A stretch of 64,000 bases of DNA from Paludibacteraceae bacterium (GCA_017464025.1 JAFUEI010000024.1:13070-77069); one strand, 5' to 3'. Shown: positions 18,064 through 26,009, numbered from the stretch's first letter. Notes: generated from the letters alone by a model not told the origin. Numbers and translations: made by a program.

Positions 18064-19338
18064 ATGATATACCATCTTTTTGATTATCTGCAATCTGTAT
18101 ATGGGCATTTCGCAGGTGCCAACCTGATGCAGTACATCAGTTTCCGCGCCATCATGGCCTTTGTCATCGCCTTACTTACCAGTATGTGGTTTGGCAAGTA
18201 CTTCATCGCCCTCCTGAAACGCAAGCACATCAGCGAGACACAGCGCGACGAGAAGACCGACCCCTTCAACACCAAGAAGGTAGGCGTTCCCACCATGGGC
18301 GGCATCGTTGTCATCGTGGCCATCCTGCTGGCCGTGCTGCTTGTAGGCCGGCTCAACAACGCCTATATGCTGCTCATGCTCGTCACCACGCTGCTGATGG
18401 GAGCGTTAGGCTTTGCCGACGACTATATCAAGACCTTCCGCCACAACAAAGACGGCCTGAACGGCTGGCTGAAGATAGCGGGTCAGGTGACACTCGGCCT
18501 CATCGTAGGCCTCACGCTGCGCTACTGCCCCGCGGCCGTGATGAACGAGAACGTGGAGGTGAAGATAGAGAACAACACGGAGATGGTCTATAAGACGCCC
18601 GACGTGAAGTCCACCCGGACCACCATTCCCTTCGTAAAGCACCACAACGCCAACTACGCCGACCTCTTCAGCTTCCTCGGCGAGCCGTGGAAATACAAGG
18701 CAGGCTGGATATTCTTCGTGCTGCTCATCGTCTTCGTCGTGGCGGCCGTGAGCAACGGAGCCAACCTGAACGACGGCATGGACGGTATGTGTGCCGGCAA
18801 CTCGGCCATCATAGGTGTAGCCCTGCTCGCGCTCGCCTACGTAAGCGGCTCCACCGTGTGGGCGGACTACTTCGACGTGATGTACATCCCCGGCAGCGAG
18901 GAGCTGGTTGTCTTCCTCGGAGCATTTGTGGGGGCCCTGATAGGCTACCTGTGGTACAACACCTATCCCGCACAGATATTCATGGGCGACACGGGCAGTC
19001 TGACATTAGGCGGCATCATAGGCGTATGCGCCTGCATCATCCACAAAGAACTGCTGGTACCCATCCTCTGCGGCGTGTTCCTGATGGAGAGCGTATCGGT
19101 CATCGTACAGACACAGGTCTATAAGTTCACCAAGCGCAAAGGCCATCCGGTGCGCGTATGGAAACGCACACCCGTACACGACCATTTCCGCACCGCACTC
19201 AGCCAAGTGGACCCCAACAGCCGCGTTTTCTTCAAAGGCAGCAGCGAACTGCAACATGAGAACAAAATCACACTGCGCTTCTGGCTCGTAAGCATCCTGT
19301 TGGCAGCATTCACCATACTCACGCTGAAAATCAGATAG
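18064..19338 (+). CDS. mraY: Phospho-N-acetylmuramoyl-pentapeptide transferase
   Basis: 424 aa, polytopic. Contains PTMGG, GFADDYIK and NLNDGMDG motifs. Confidence 0.95.
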   Translation: MIYHLFDYLQSVYGHFAGANLMQYISFRAIMAFVIALLTSMWFGKYFIALLKRKHISETQRDEKTDPFNTKKVGVPTMGGIVVIVAILLAVLLVGRLNNAYMLLMLVTTLLMGALGFADDYIKTFRHNKDGLNGWLKIAGQVTLGLIVGLTLRYCPAAVMNENVEVKIENNTEMVYKTPDVKSTRTTIPFVKHHNANYADLFSFLGEPWKYKAGWIFFVLLIVFVVAAVSNGANLNDGMDGMCAGNSAIIGVALLALAYVSGSTVWADYFDVMYIPGSEELVVFLGAFVGALIGYLWYNTYPAQIFMGDTGSLTLGGIIGVCACIIHKELLVPILCGVFLMESVSVIVQTQVYKFTKRKGHPVRVWKRTPVHDHFRTALSQVDPNSRVFFKGSSELQHENKITLRFWLVSILLAAFTILTLKIR

Positions 19339-19412
19339 AACCCCCGTAATACGAACGAAGCGGTGGTAATGGATACCGACAATGTTATCAACCATATAAA
19401 AAAGTATCTGCC

Positions 19413-20864
19413 ATGAACAGTCATACAACAGCCTCCCTCTCTTGTGGAGAGGGCAAAGGGAGAGGTTTCTTAGTGGTTCTTGGTGCCGGCGAGAGCGGCT
19501 GCGGAGCCGCCATACTGGGCAAGAAGCAAGGCTATGAGGTGTTCGTAAGCGACGCGGGCACCATCAAGCCCGTCTATAAAGCTCTGCTGGAGCAGCACGG
19601 CATCCCCTACGAAGAGGGCGGACACACCGAGGAGAAGATTCTCAGCGCCACAGAGGTAGTGAAGAGTCCCGGCATACCGGAAACGGCCCCCATCATTGAG
19701 AAAATCAAGCAGGTGAGGCGGGTAGAGAAGCAGCCTGAACGACTGAAGCTGCCTAATATGTTAGACGGCGACATGCGCTATACAGGCATCCCCGTCATCT
19801 CGGAGATAGAGTTCGCCTGCCGCTATACCAAGGCCAAGATGCTCTGCATCACGGGCAGCAACGGCAAGACAACCACCACCAGCCTGCTCTTCGACATGCT
19901 CGTACGCGCCGGACTGAACGTAGGCCTCGCAGGCAACATCGGCAACTCGCTCGCACTGCAGGTGGCCGAAACCGAGCGTGACTACTATGTCATCGAACTC
20001 TCCTCCTTCCAGTTGGACAACATGTACGACTTCAAGGCCGACATCGCCATCCTGATGAACATCACGCCCGACCATCTGGACCGCTACGACTTCTGCTTCC
20101 AGAACTACGTGGATGCAAAGCTGCGCATCACGCGCAACCAGACCCCGGCCGATGCGTTCGTCTATTGGAGCGAAGACCCCGTCATCGACCGCGAGCTGAA
20201 GAAACTGCGCCCTGCCGCCACACTCTACCCCTTCGGCAGCAGCAAGCAGCACAACGTGGCCTATATTGACGGAGGCAATCTGGTGATAGAAGCCCCTAAT
20301 GCGATGGCACTCACCCTGCCGGCGGCCGACCTCTCGCTGCGCGGCCGCCACAACCAGCTCAACTCCATGGCCGCCGGTCTGGCCGCCCAGATTCTGCATA
20401 TCAAGAACGACGTCATCCGCGAGAGTCTCATGCAGTTCCGCGGCGTGGACCACCGCCTGCAGTATGTAGCCACCGTGCGCGGCGTGCGCTTCATCAACGA
20501 CTCGAAGGCCACCAACGTCAACTCCTGCTGGTATGCCTTGGAGAGCATGAACACCCCCACCGTGCTCATCCTCGGCGGCAAGGACAAAGGCAACGACTAC
20601 AGCGAAATCGACGAACTGGTGCGCCAAAAATGCCATACCCTCGTCTATATGGGCCTGCATAACGAGAAGCTGCACGAGCACTTCGACGGCATGGGGCTGC
20701 GCATCATCGACACCGACAACATCGTTGATGCCGTCCGCCGGGCCTACGAAGCCGCACGCGAGGGCGACACCGTACTGCTCTCGCCCTGCTGCGCATCGTT
20801 CGACCTCTTCAAGAGCTACGAAGACCGCGGCGAGCAGTTTATGCAACAAGTGAAACAGCTGTAG
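19413..20864 (+). CDS. murD: UDP-N-acetylmuramoylalanine--D-glutamate ligase
   Basis: VVLGAGESG Rossmann start and ITGSNGKTTT P-loop. The first 20 codons are a translated GC palindrome, so an in-frame GTG at 19473 is a plausible true start. Confidence 0.93.
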   Translation: MNSHTTASLSCGEGKGRGFLVVLGAGESGCGAAILGKKQGYEVFVSDAGTIKPVYKALLEQHGIPYEEGGHTEEKILSATEVVKSPGIPETAPIIEKIKQVRRVEKQPERLKLPNMLDGDMRYTGIPVISEIEFACRYTKAKMLCITGSNGKTTTTSLLFDMLVRAGLNVGLAGNIGNSLALQVAETERDYYVIELSSFQLDNMYDFKADIAILMNITPDHLDRYDFCFQNYVDAKLRITRNQTPADAFVYWSEDPVIDRELKKLRPAATLYPFGSSKQHNVAYIDGGNLVIEAPNAMALTLPAADLSLRGRHNQLNSMAAGLAAQILHIKNDVIRESLMQFRGVDHRLQYVATVRGVRFINDSKATNVNSCWYALESMNTPTVLILGGKDKGNDYSEIDELVRQKCHTLVYMGLHNEKLHEHFDGMGLRIIDTDNIVDAVRRAYEAAREGDTVLLSPCCASFDLFKSYEDRGEQFMQQVKQL

Positions 20865-20915
20865 CCCTTCCGCCAAGCCGGATGCGGCGATACGCCTCCA
20901 AAAAACGACCGCCTT

Positions 20916-22178
20916 ATGCCTACCCCCTTCGAATCCGTCAAGTTCAACCGCCAGCATGTGGACCGCACCTTTTGGGTGATTTTCCTCATCCTCGTGGGGG
21001 TGTCTGTTCTGGCCCTGTTCTCCAGCAGCAGTACGCTCATCCACAAAGCTACGGCACAAGGTCACAACCCCATCTACCCCATCGCCATGCAGATCCTGTA
21101 TGTGGGCATCGGTGTGGGGATTGCGTGGGTCCTGCAGTTTCTGCCGAGCTGGGTATATCGCCTCTTCGGCTATGTGCTGTTGGGCCTCGGCATGCTGTTT
21201 CTGCTGCTCAATGCCGCCCACATAGGCGTCACCATCAACGGCGCCACGCGCTGGGTGCGCATCGCCGGCATCACCATCCAGTCGTCGGAGTTGGCCAAGG
21301 TAGGACTCATCATCGTGGTCACGCACCTGCTTTCGCAAATCAAGGACAGCGAGTCGGAGCGCCGCAACTTCCTCTGGGCGCTGGGTCTGACGGGCGTGAC
21401 CTGCCTGCTCATCATGATAGGCAACCTCAGTACCGCCATCCTGCTCGGGGCCGTGATTATCCTGCTGATGATTCTCGCGCGCATACCCTGGAAGTGGTGG
21501 ACCGGCATCATCGTGGCGGCCGCCCTCTTCCTCGTCATAGGCTATCTCTTCGTGGAATACGCTTACGTGCGTCCCGGACGCGAGATGAAAGGGCCTCTCA
21601 GCAGAGCCCAGACGTGGGTGAACCGTATTGACAGGAAGCTCGAGGAGCACAGCGAAGAGGGCGATGCCTACAAGATAACCGACGACAACTATCAGGCAAT
21701 GCTGGCCCGCGTGGCCGTTGCCATGGGAGGCAAGAGTCCGATAGGCGTGTTGCCCGGCAACTCGCTTGAGCGCGACCACCTGCCGCTTGCCAACGCCGAC
21801 TACATCTTCGCCATCATCGTCGAGGAGACCGGCTTCGTAGGAGCTTTGCTGCTCTGTTTTCTCTACCTGAGCGTACTGTTCCGCTGTTGCTATGCCAGTT
21901 CGCGCTACAACGACTACGCCGCACAGCTGATGATGATGGGGCTCGGCTTGATGCTCACCTTGCAGGCGCTTGTCTCGATGGCCGTAGCCGTCGGACTCGG
22001 ACCCGTCACCGGTCAGCCGTTGCCTCTCATCTCGAAGGGCGGCACCAGCGCCATCATCACCAGTATCTACTTCGGCATGATGATGGGTGTCAGCCGCGAG
22101 CAGAACCAGAAGAAGGCCCAGCAGGAGCAGACTATTGAGGAGAGCATGCAGGAAGTCCCCGAACTCAACACCGACTAA
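20916..22178 (+). CDS. ftsW: FtsW/RodA (SEDS) family peptidoglycan glycosyltransferase
   Basis: 420 aa with about 10 TM segments. SEDS motifs are present (IQSSELAKV, DYIFAIIVEETGFVG, GQPLPLISKGGTS). Confidence 0.9.
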   Translation: MPTPFESVKFNRQHVDRTFWVIFLILVGVSVLALFSSSSTLIHKATAQGHNPIYPIAMQILYVGIGVGIAWVLQFLPSWVYRLFGYVLLGLGMLFLLLNAAHIGVTINGATRWVRIAGITIQSSELAKVGLIIVVTHLLSQIKDSESERRNFLWALGLTGVTCLLIMIGNLSTAILLGAVIILLMILARIPWKWWTGIIVAAALFLVIGYLFVEYAYVRPGREMKGPLSRAQTWVNRIDRKLEEHSEEGDAYKITDDNYQAMLARVAVAMGGKSPIGVLPGNSLERDHLPLANADYIFAIIVEETGFVGALLLCFLYLSVLFRCCYASSRYNDYAAQLMMMGLGLMLTLQALVSMAVAVGLGPVTGQPLPLISKGGTSAIITSIYFGMMMGVSREQNQKKAQQEQTIEESMQEVPELNTD

Positions 22179-22233
22179 CACCAGTTCCACAATTCAACAA
22201 ATCAACAATTCCTCAAATCCTCAATTCCCCAAT
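22179..22233 (+). repeat. G-depleted CA-rich spacer (CAGTTCCACAATTCAACAAATCAACAATTCC...)
   Basis: This 55-nt ftsW-murG spacer contains a single G. It shares the CAGTTCCACA and TTCAACAATTCA units with 34948-35002, 42495-42557 and 55641-55687. Confidence 0.8.
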
Positions 22234-23352
22234 ATGAACTACCTGATTTCCGGAGGCGGAACAGGGGGACATATCTTCCCCGCCGTCAGTATCGCCAACG
22301 CTTTGCGTGAGCTGCAGCCCGACTGCAAGATTTTGTTTGTAGGCGCCCTCGGCCGCATGGAGATGGAGCGTGTACCCCAGGCCGGCTACGAGATTGTAGG
22401 CCTGCCTGTACGCGGCTTCAACCGCAAGAACCTGCTGGCCAATGCGTCCGTACTGTGGGACCTCATGCGTTCGATGCGCATGGCGCGCAAGATTGTCAAA
22501 CGCTTCAAGCCCGATGTGGCGGTCGGCGTAGGCGGCTATGCCAGCGGTGCCGCCATGAAGGTGGCCGCCCGCATGGGGGTGCCCGTGCTGCTGCAGGAGC
22601 AGAACGGCTTTGCCGGCGTGACCAACAAACTGCTCAAAGACGATGCCGCTAAGATATGCGTCGCCTACGAAGGCATGGAACGCTTCTTCCCCAAGGAGAA
22701 AATCATCCTCACCGGCAACCCTGTGCGGCAGAATCTCGAAGGCGGCAGCCGTGAGGAGGCGGTACGTCTCTTCGGATTGGCCCCCGAGAAGAAGACCCTG
22801 CTCATCATCGGCGGTTCGCTCGGCGCACGCACCATCAACGAGAGCCTTATCGCCTCTCTTGACAAGCTCAGCGAAGCCGGCATCAACGTTATCTGGCAGA
22901 CCGGCAAGACCTACTACGACCGTTGCCGCGAGGCGCTGCAGGCCGCCGGCGATGCCGTTGTAAGCGACGACAGCGTACGCCTCGGCAACATCCGCTGCAC
23001 CGCCTTCCTCAGCCGCATGGACCTGGCCTATGCCGCCGCCGACCTTGTGGTGTCACGGGCAGGGGCAAGCAGCATCTCCGAGTTGTGTCTGTTAGGCAAG
23101 CCCTGTATTCTCGTGCCCTCACCCAACGTGGCAGAAGACCATCAGACCCACAACGCGATGGCGTTGGTAAGAAAAGAGGCCGCCGTGCTCGTGAAAGACG
23201 TTGAGGCCGGCGAACGGCTCATACCGGAAACGCTCACCCTTATAGCCGACGACGCGCATCTCACCGCCCTTAGCCGCAACATCCTCACGCTTGCGCAGCG
23301 CGACTCGGCCCGCCGCATCGCCCAGGAAGTGATTGCCCTCGCACAGCGATAG
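22234..23352 (+). CDS. murG: UDP-GlcNAc:lipid I N-acetylglucosaminyltransferase MurG
   Basis: MNYLISGGGTGGHIFPAVSIANAL. The ORF track start at 22087 overlaps ftsW and is rejected. Confidence 0.93.
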   Translation: MNYLISGGGTGGHIFPAVSIANALRELQPDCKILFVGALGRMEMERVPQAGYEIVGLPVRGFNRKNLLANASVLWDLMRSMRMARKIVKRFKPDVAVGVGGYASGAAMKVAARMGVPVLLQEQNGFAGVTNKLLKDDAAKICVAYEGMERFFPKEKIILTGNPVRQNLEGGSREEAVRLFGLAPEKKTLLIIGGSLGARTINESLIASLDKLSEAGINVIWQTGKTYYDRCREALQAAGDAVVSDDSVRLGNIRCTAFLSRMDLAYAAADLVVSRAGASSISELCLLGKPCILVPSPNVAEDHQTHNAMALVRKEAAVLVKDVEAGERLIPETLTLIADDAHLTALSRNILTLAQRDSARRIAQEVIALAQR

Positions 23353-23376
23353 AGCGGCAGCAATAGAGTCTCAAAG

Positions 23377-23397
23377 GTCTATAGAATCCATAGACTC
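23377..23397. repeat. Left arm of the 21-bp perfect inverted repeat
   Basis: GTCTATAGAATCCATAGACTC, embedded in tandem CATAGAMTC-like units (about 23372-23430). Confidence 0.95.
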
Positions 23398-23470
23398 CAT
23401 AGAATCTATATAATTCATAGACCCTATAGCAATAATCGATTCCTCTAACCCCGACAACTCTACCACCAAT

Positions 23471-24010
23471 ATGTCCTTTCTCAACCGTCACAACTACAAG
23501 CAACTGGTTTTCTATAAGAAAGCACTCTGTCTGTATGACATCACCTATTCTTTTACAAATCGCTATCTAACTCAAGACAAACGCACTACAGATCAGATGA
23601 TACAAGCAGCCCGCTCAGGAAAACAAAATATTATCGAAGGGACAGAAGCCGGTATGACCTCTGCTGAAACAGAGTTGAAACTACTTAATGTAGCTCGGGC
23701 CAGTCTGCTGGAGTTATTGGCTGACTATGAAGACTATTTGCGTGTGCGTCAGTTGTCTATATGGGGAAACACTCATCCGCGTTATGCTAACCTGCATCAT
23801 TTCTGCTGCACGCATACGGAACTGGCAGATTACACCACCCTACTTCACCGTATGGAGGATGAAGAGATTGCCAATATGGCTATAACCCTCATTCATCAAG
23901 CTGACAGCGGTCTTATAAAGTTTATCCATTGGCAGGAGCAACAATTTCTCGATAAGGGGGGCATCCGTGAAAACATGTCGAAGGCCCGCCGCGAACAGAG
24001 AGGCTATTAA
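23471..24010 (+). CDS. Four-helix-bundle protein (23S rRNA intervening-sequence protein / Avd family) with suffix domain
   Basis: 179 aa. YKQLVFYKKALCLYDITYSFTNRY...TTDQMIQAARSGKQNIIEG...LLNVARASLLELLADYEDYL fits the family pattern (Y.KL.V.QKA......IY..T..FP......L..Q..RAA.S...NI.EG...F...A.GS..E). Confidence 0.7.
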   Translation: MSFLNRHNYKQLVFYKKALCLYDITYSFTNRYLTQDKRTTDQMIQAARSGKQNIIEGTEAGMTSAETELKLLNVARASLLELLADYEDYLRVRQLSIWGNTHPRYANLHHFCCTHTELADYTTLLHRMEDEEIANMAITLIHQADSGLIKFIHWQEQQFLDKGGIRENMSKARREQRGY

Positions 24011-24046
24011 GCTGCCATTATTGGTTGAAAGTTATAGAGTCCTATC

Positions 24047-24067
24047 GAGTCTATGGATTCTATAGAC
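24047..24067. repeat. Right arm of the 21-bp perfect inverted repeat
   Basis: GAGTCTATGGATTCTATAGAC is the exact reverse complement of 23377-23397. Confidence 0.95.
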
Positions 24068-24134
24068 ACTTATAGATACAAACAAATATACAGCATTCAC
24101 ACCAGCCCCTATTTTTACTCTCTTTTTTGTCAAT

Positions 24135-24171
24135 AATTACACATGCGCGTCCGCGCAGGTGTGTAATTTTG
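24135..24171 (+). terminator. Hairpin plus T-run, overlapping a -7-like box TAATTTTG (24164-24171)
   Basis: AATTACAC pairs with GTGTAATT (8 bp) and TGCGC pairs with GCGCA (5 bp), followed by TTTTG. It could be a terminator for the cassette gene, a promoter/operator for 24323, or both. Confidence 0.4.
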
Positions 24172-24291
24172 CAGCGTCAAAAGAAGGGCTTGTCCGGCGG
24201 ATTGTCCAGGCCGTCCGCCAACGGAGCGCGTAACAGCCCGTTAACCAAAGCAAACACAAAACAATCAACCCAATAACAATCTTTATTAACC

Positions 24292-24305
24292 GTGCCGAAA
24301 GGCAC
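24292..24305 (+). promoter_or_regulatory. GNRA-tetraloop hairpin in the leader of the 24323 gene
   Basis: GTGCC-GAAA-GGCAC lies 17 nt before the ATG. Confidence 0.35.
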
Positions 24306-24322
24306 ACAAAACCAACAAACAC

Positions 24323-25897
24323 ATGAAAAAAATGAAACTTTTTGCTCTTGCCTTCGCAGCAATGTTCGGCATGAGCGCAACGGCAGAAACCTACAAATTT
24401 GTCACAGACGATGTTGTAGCAAACAATTTCACGGCTGCAAGCAACAAGGAAGATGTCACCCTTACGTCTAATGATAAAACTTGCGGGGAGACAATGCCGG
24501 CACTCAACATTACCATGCCGACAAAAGGCACGGAATATAGTCTGACTACAAAAGACAGCTTCAACGAGATTAGTGCCATTACTATAAACTTGGGCAGTTC
24601 CGATCGCGGAAAAACTTATTTTGGTATTCAGATTTGCGCCAAAGCGGACTTTTCGGAAGGTGTAACAACTATCGAAGATATTACAAATACTATTACCGCT
24701 ACACTCAAAGCAAAAACTGGTGCTGAAGGTGGTAATAAAAAACTTTATGAACTGACTTATAACCTTGAGAAGGCAGCAAACGGTTATGTACGCTTTATTT
24801 GCCAATCGGCTTCGGGTTCATCCAATAAATCCGTTTACTATGGCGATATTGAAATCAAAGGTTCAAAAGGCATTCCTACAACTCCTACCTTATTGTCTTA
24901 CAAAATAAACAATGTTTTGGCTACTATTGATGAGAGTACAAAAACCATCTCTGCAGAATTTCCTTATGGTACGACTCTTGACTATGACAATGCTGTTGTA
25001 ACTACCGGTGGTACTGCTACCGGCTGGAGCTACAATGCGGAAAAGACCAAACTGACCGTAACCGATGGCACCAACAATCTTGAGTTCACGCTGAACATCA
25101 CCGTTGCCGGTCCTTCTACCGAGAGCGACCTGCTGGAGGTTGTTATGTCGAACGGCACCAAGGCTTTCATTGTAAACCACGACTCCGTTCTGACCGCTAC
25201 CGCCGTTTACATGAAGGGCGAAAGCGTACCGACCGTTAGCAAAACCACTGTTTCGGAGAACGCCAATGCAGCAGTAGAAGGCAACGTCATCACGGTAACC
25301 GCTCAGGACGGCACCACGAAGACCCCCTTCACCCTCAAAGTCGTAGAGTATGAGCCGCTGGCTACTTTCACTTCCGGCACCGCCATCGTGTTCGACACCA
25401 CCATCGTCACCAATCCTAACACCTATCTGGCCAGCGTTTACGGCTGGGACAGCAGCAAGGGTATCAAGTGGGCTAAGCCGCAGAACGATGCCTCCAACAT
25501 GCGTATCCAGGAAGGCAAGAACCGCATTTATCTCTTCCTCCCCGCTTGCGACTCCGTTATGTTTGTCGGCGGTAGCGGCGGTGCCCGTGACGTAGAGGTT
25601 ACGCTGAATGGTGCGGTATATGCCGACGTGAAGAAAACGCCTGCCAAGGACGCTACCATCACTATCAAACTCAACAGCACAACCAACAACTTGCTTGGCT
25701 TCGAGTCGAACGGTTCGGCCAACGGCGACTCCGGCTTCACTTCCATGACTCTCTACAAGGGTGGCCAGCCGACCGGCATTGACGCTATCGAAGTGCTTGA
25801 TATGAACGCTCCGATGTTCAACCTCATGGGCCAGCAGGTAACAGCTGACTACAAGGGCATCGTTATCCAGAACGGAGCTAAATATCTCCTCAAATAA
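24323..25897 (+). CDS. Secreted protein of unknown function with T9SS C-terminal sorting domain
   Basis: 524 aa with signal peptide MKKMKLFALAFAAMFGMSATA. The C-terminal tail MFNLMGQQVTADYKGIVIQNGAKYLLK is CTD-like. The 5' half is visibly AT-rich and the 3' half is GC-rich. Confidence 0.75.
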   Translation: MKKMKLFALAFAAMFGMSATAETYKFVTDDVVANNFTAASNKEDVTLTSNDKTCGETMPALNITMPTKGTEYSLTTKDSFNEISAITINLGSSDRGKTYFGIQICAKADFSEGVTTIEDITNTITATLKAKTGAEGGNKKLYELTYNLEKAANGYVRFICQSASGSSNKSVYYGDIEIKGSKGIPTTPTLLSYKINNVLATIDESTKTISAEFPYGTTLDYDNAVVTTGGTATGWSYNAEKTKLTVTDGTNNLEFTLNITVAGPSTESDLLEVVMSNGTKAFIVNHDSVLTATAVYMKGESVPTVSKTTVSENANAAVEGNVITVTAQDGTTKTPFTLKVVEYEPLATFTSGTAIVFDTTIVTNPNTYLASVYGWDSSKGIKWAKPQNDASNMRIQEGKNRIYLFLPACDSVMFVGGSGGARDVEVTLNGAVYADVKKTPAKDATITIKLNSTTNNLLGFESNGSANGDSGFTSMTLYKGGQPTGIDAIEVLDMNAPMFNLMGQQVTADYKGIVIQNGAKYLLK

Positions 25898-25928
25898 GAC
25901 GACCCTCTTTAGAGGCTATTAAAACAAC

Positions 25929-25968
25929 GCAGAGGCAAGGACGACGGTCCTTGTCTCTGCTGTTTGTT
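25929..25968 (+). terminator. Rho-independent terminator after the T9SS cargo gene
   Basis: GCAGAGGCAAGGAC-GACG-GTCCTTGTCTCTGC (one mismatch) followed by TGTTTGTT. Confidence 0.6.
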
Positions 25969-25992
25969 CCGTCCTTGTCTCTGCTGTTTGTT
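25947..25992 (+). repeat. Direct duplication of the terminator 3' arm plus T-tract (22 nt x2)
   Basis: GTCCTTGTCTCTGCTGTTTGTT occurs at 25947-25968 and 25971-25992, separated by CC. Confidence 0.9.
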
Positions 25993-26009
25993 TCCGCCCG
26001 AAACGGCAT

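Larger units (their letters stand above)
23377..24067 (+). mobile_element. Inverted-repeat-bounded cassette carrying a four-helix-bundle gene (IVS-like insertion)
   Basis: A perfect 21-bp inverted repeat flanks an AT-rich 540-nt ORF. The arms are GTCTATAGAATCCATAGACTC (23377-23397) and GAGTCTATGGATTCTATAGAC (24047-24067). They extend to about 38 nt imperfectly. Confidence 0.4.

Noticed and set aside
17856-18108. Three overlapping minus-strand ORFs translating to MLYYVVLCHIVLCRIVLYYVV-type peptides
   Set aside because: They are simply translations of the ACATAATAC repeat spacer between murE and mraY, with no independent start context.
19711-19786. The MurD 72-nt insert begins CAG|GTGAGG and ends TATACAG|G, resembling eukaryotic splice sites
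   Set aside because: This is a bacterial context, the insert is in-frame and open, and there are no group I/II intron structural features. The resemblance is treated as coincidence.
19761-22190. Very long antisense ORFs: 809 aa here, plus 28710..31928 (1072 aa), 47373..49658 (761 aa), 5966..7270 (434 aa), 8313..8906 and others
   Set aside because: They lie exactly opposite well-supported genes (murD/ftsW, M6 protease, DPP-III, Big_2 lipoprotein). They are rich in Arg/Ala/Gly/Val/His low-complexity sequence and lack recognisable motifs. These are the stop-poor shadow frames typical of GC-rich DNA.
23285-23503. Minus-strand 72-aa ORF (…YRVYELYRFYGVYGFY…) across the murG/cassette junction
   Set aside because: It is a translation of the CATAGAMTC repeat arm of the inverted repeat and overlaps the murG 3' end.
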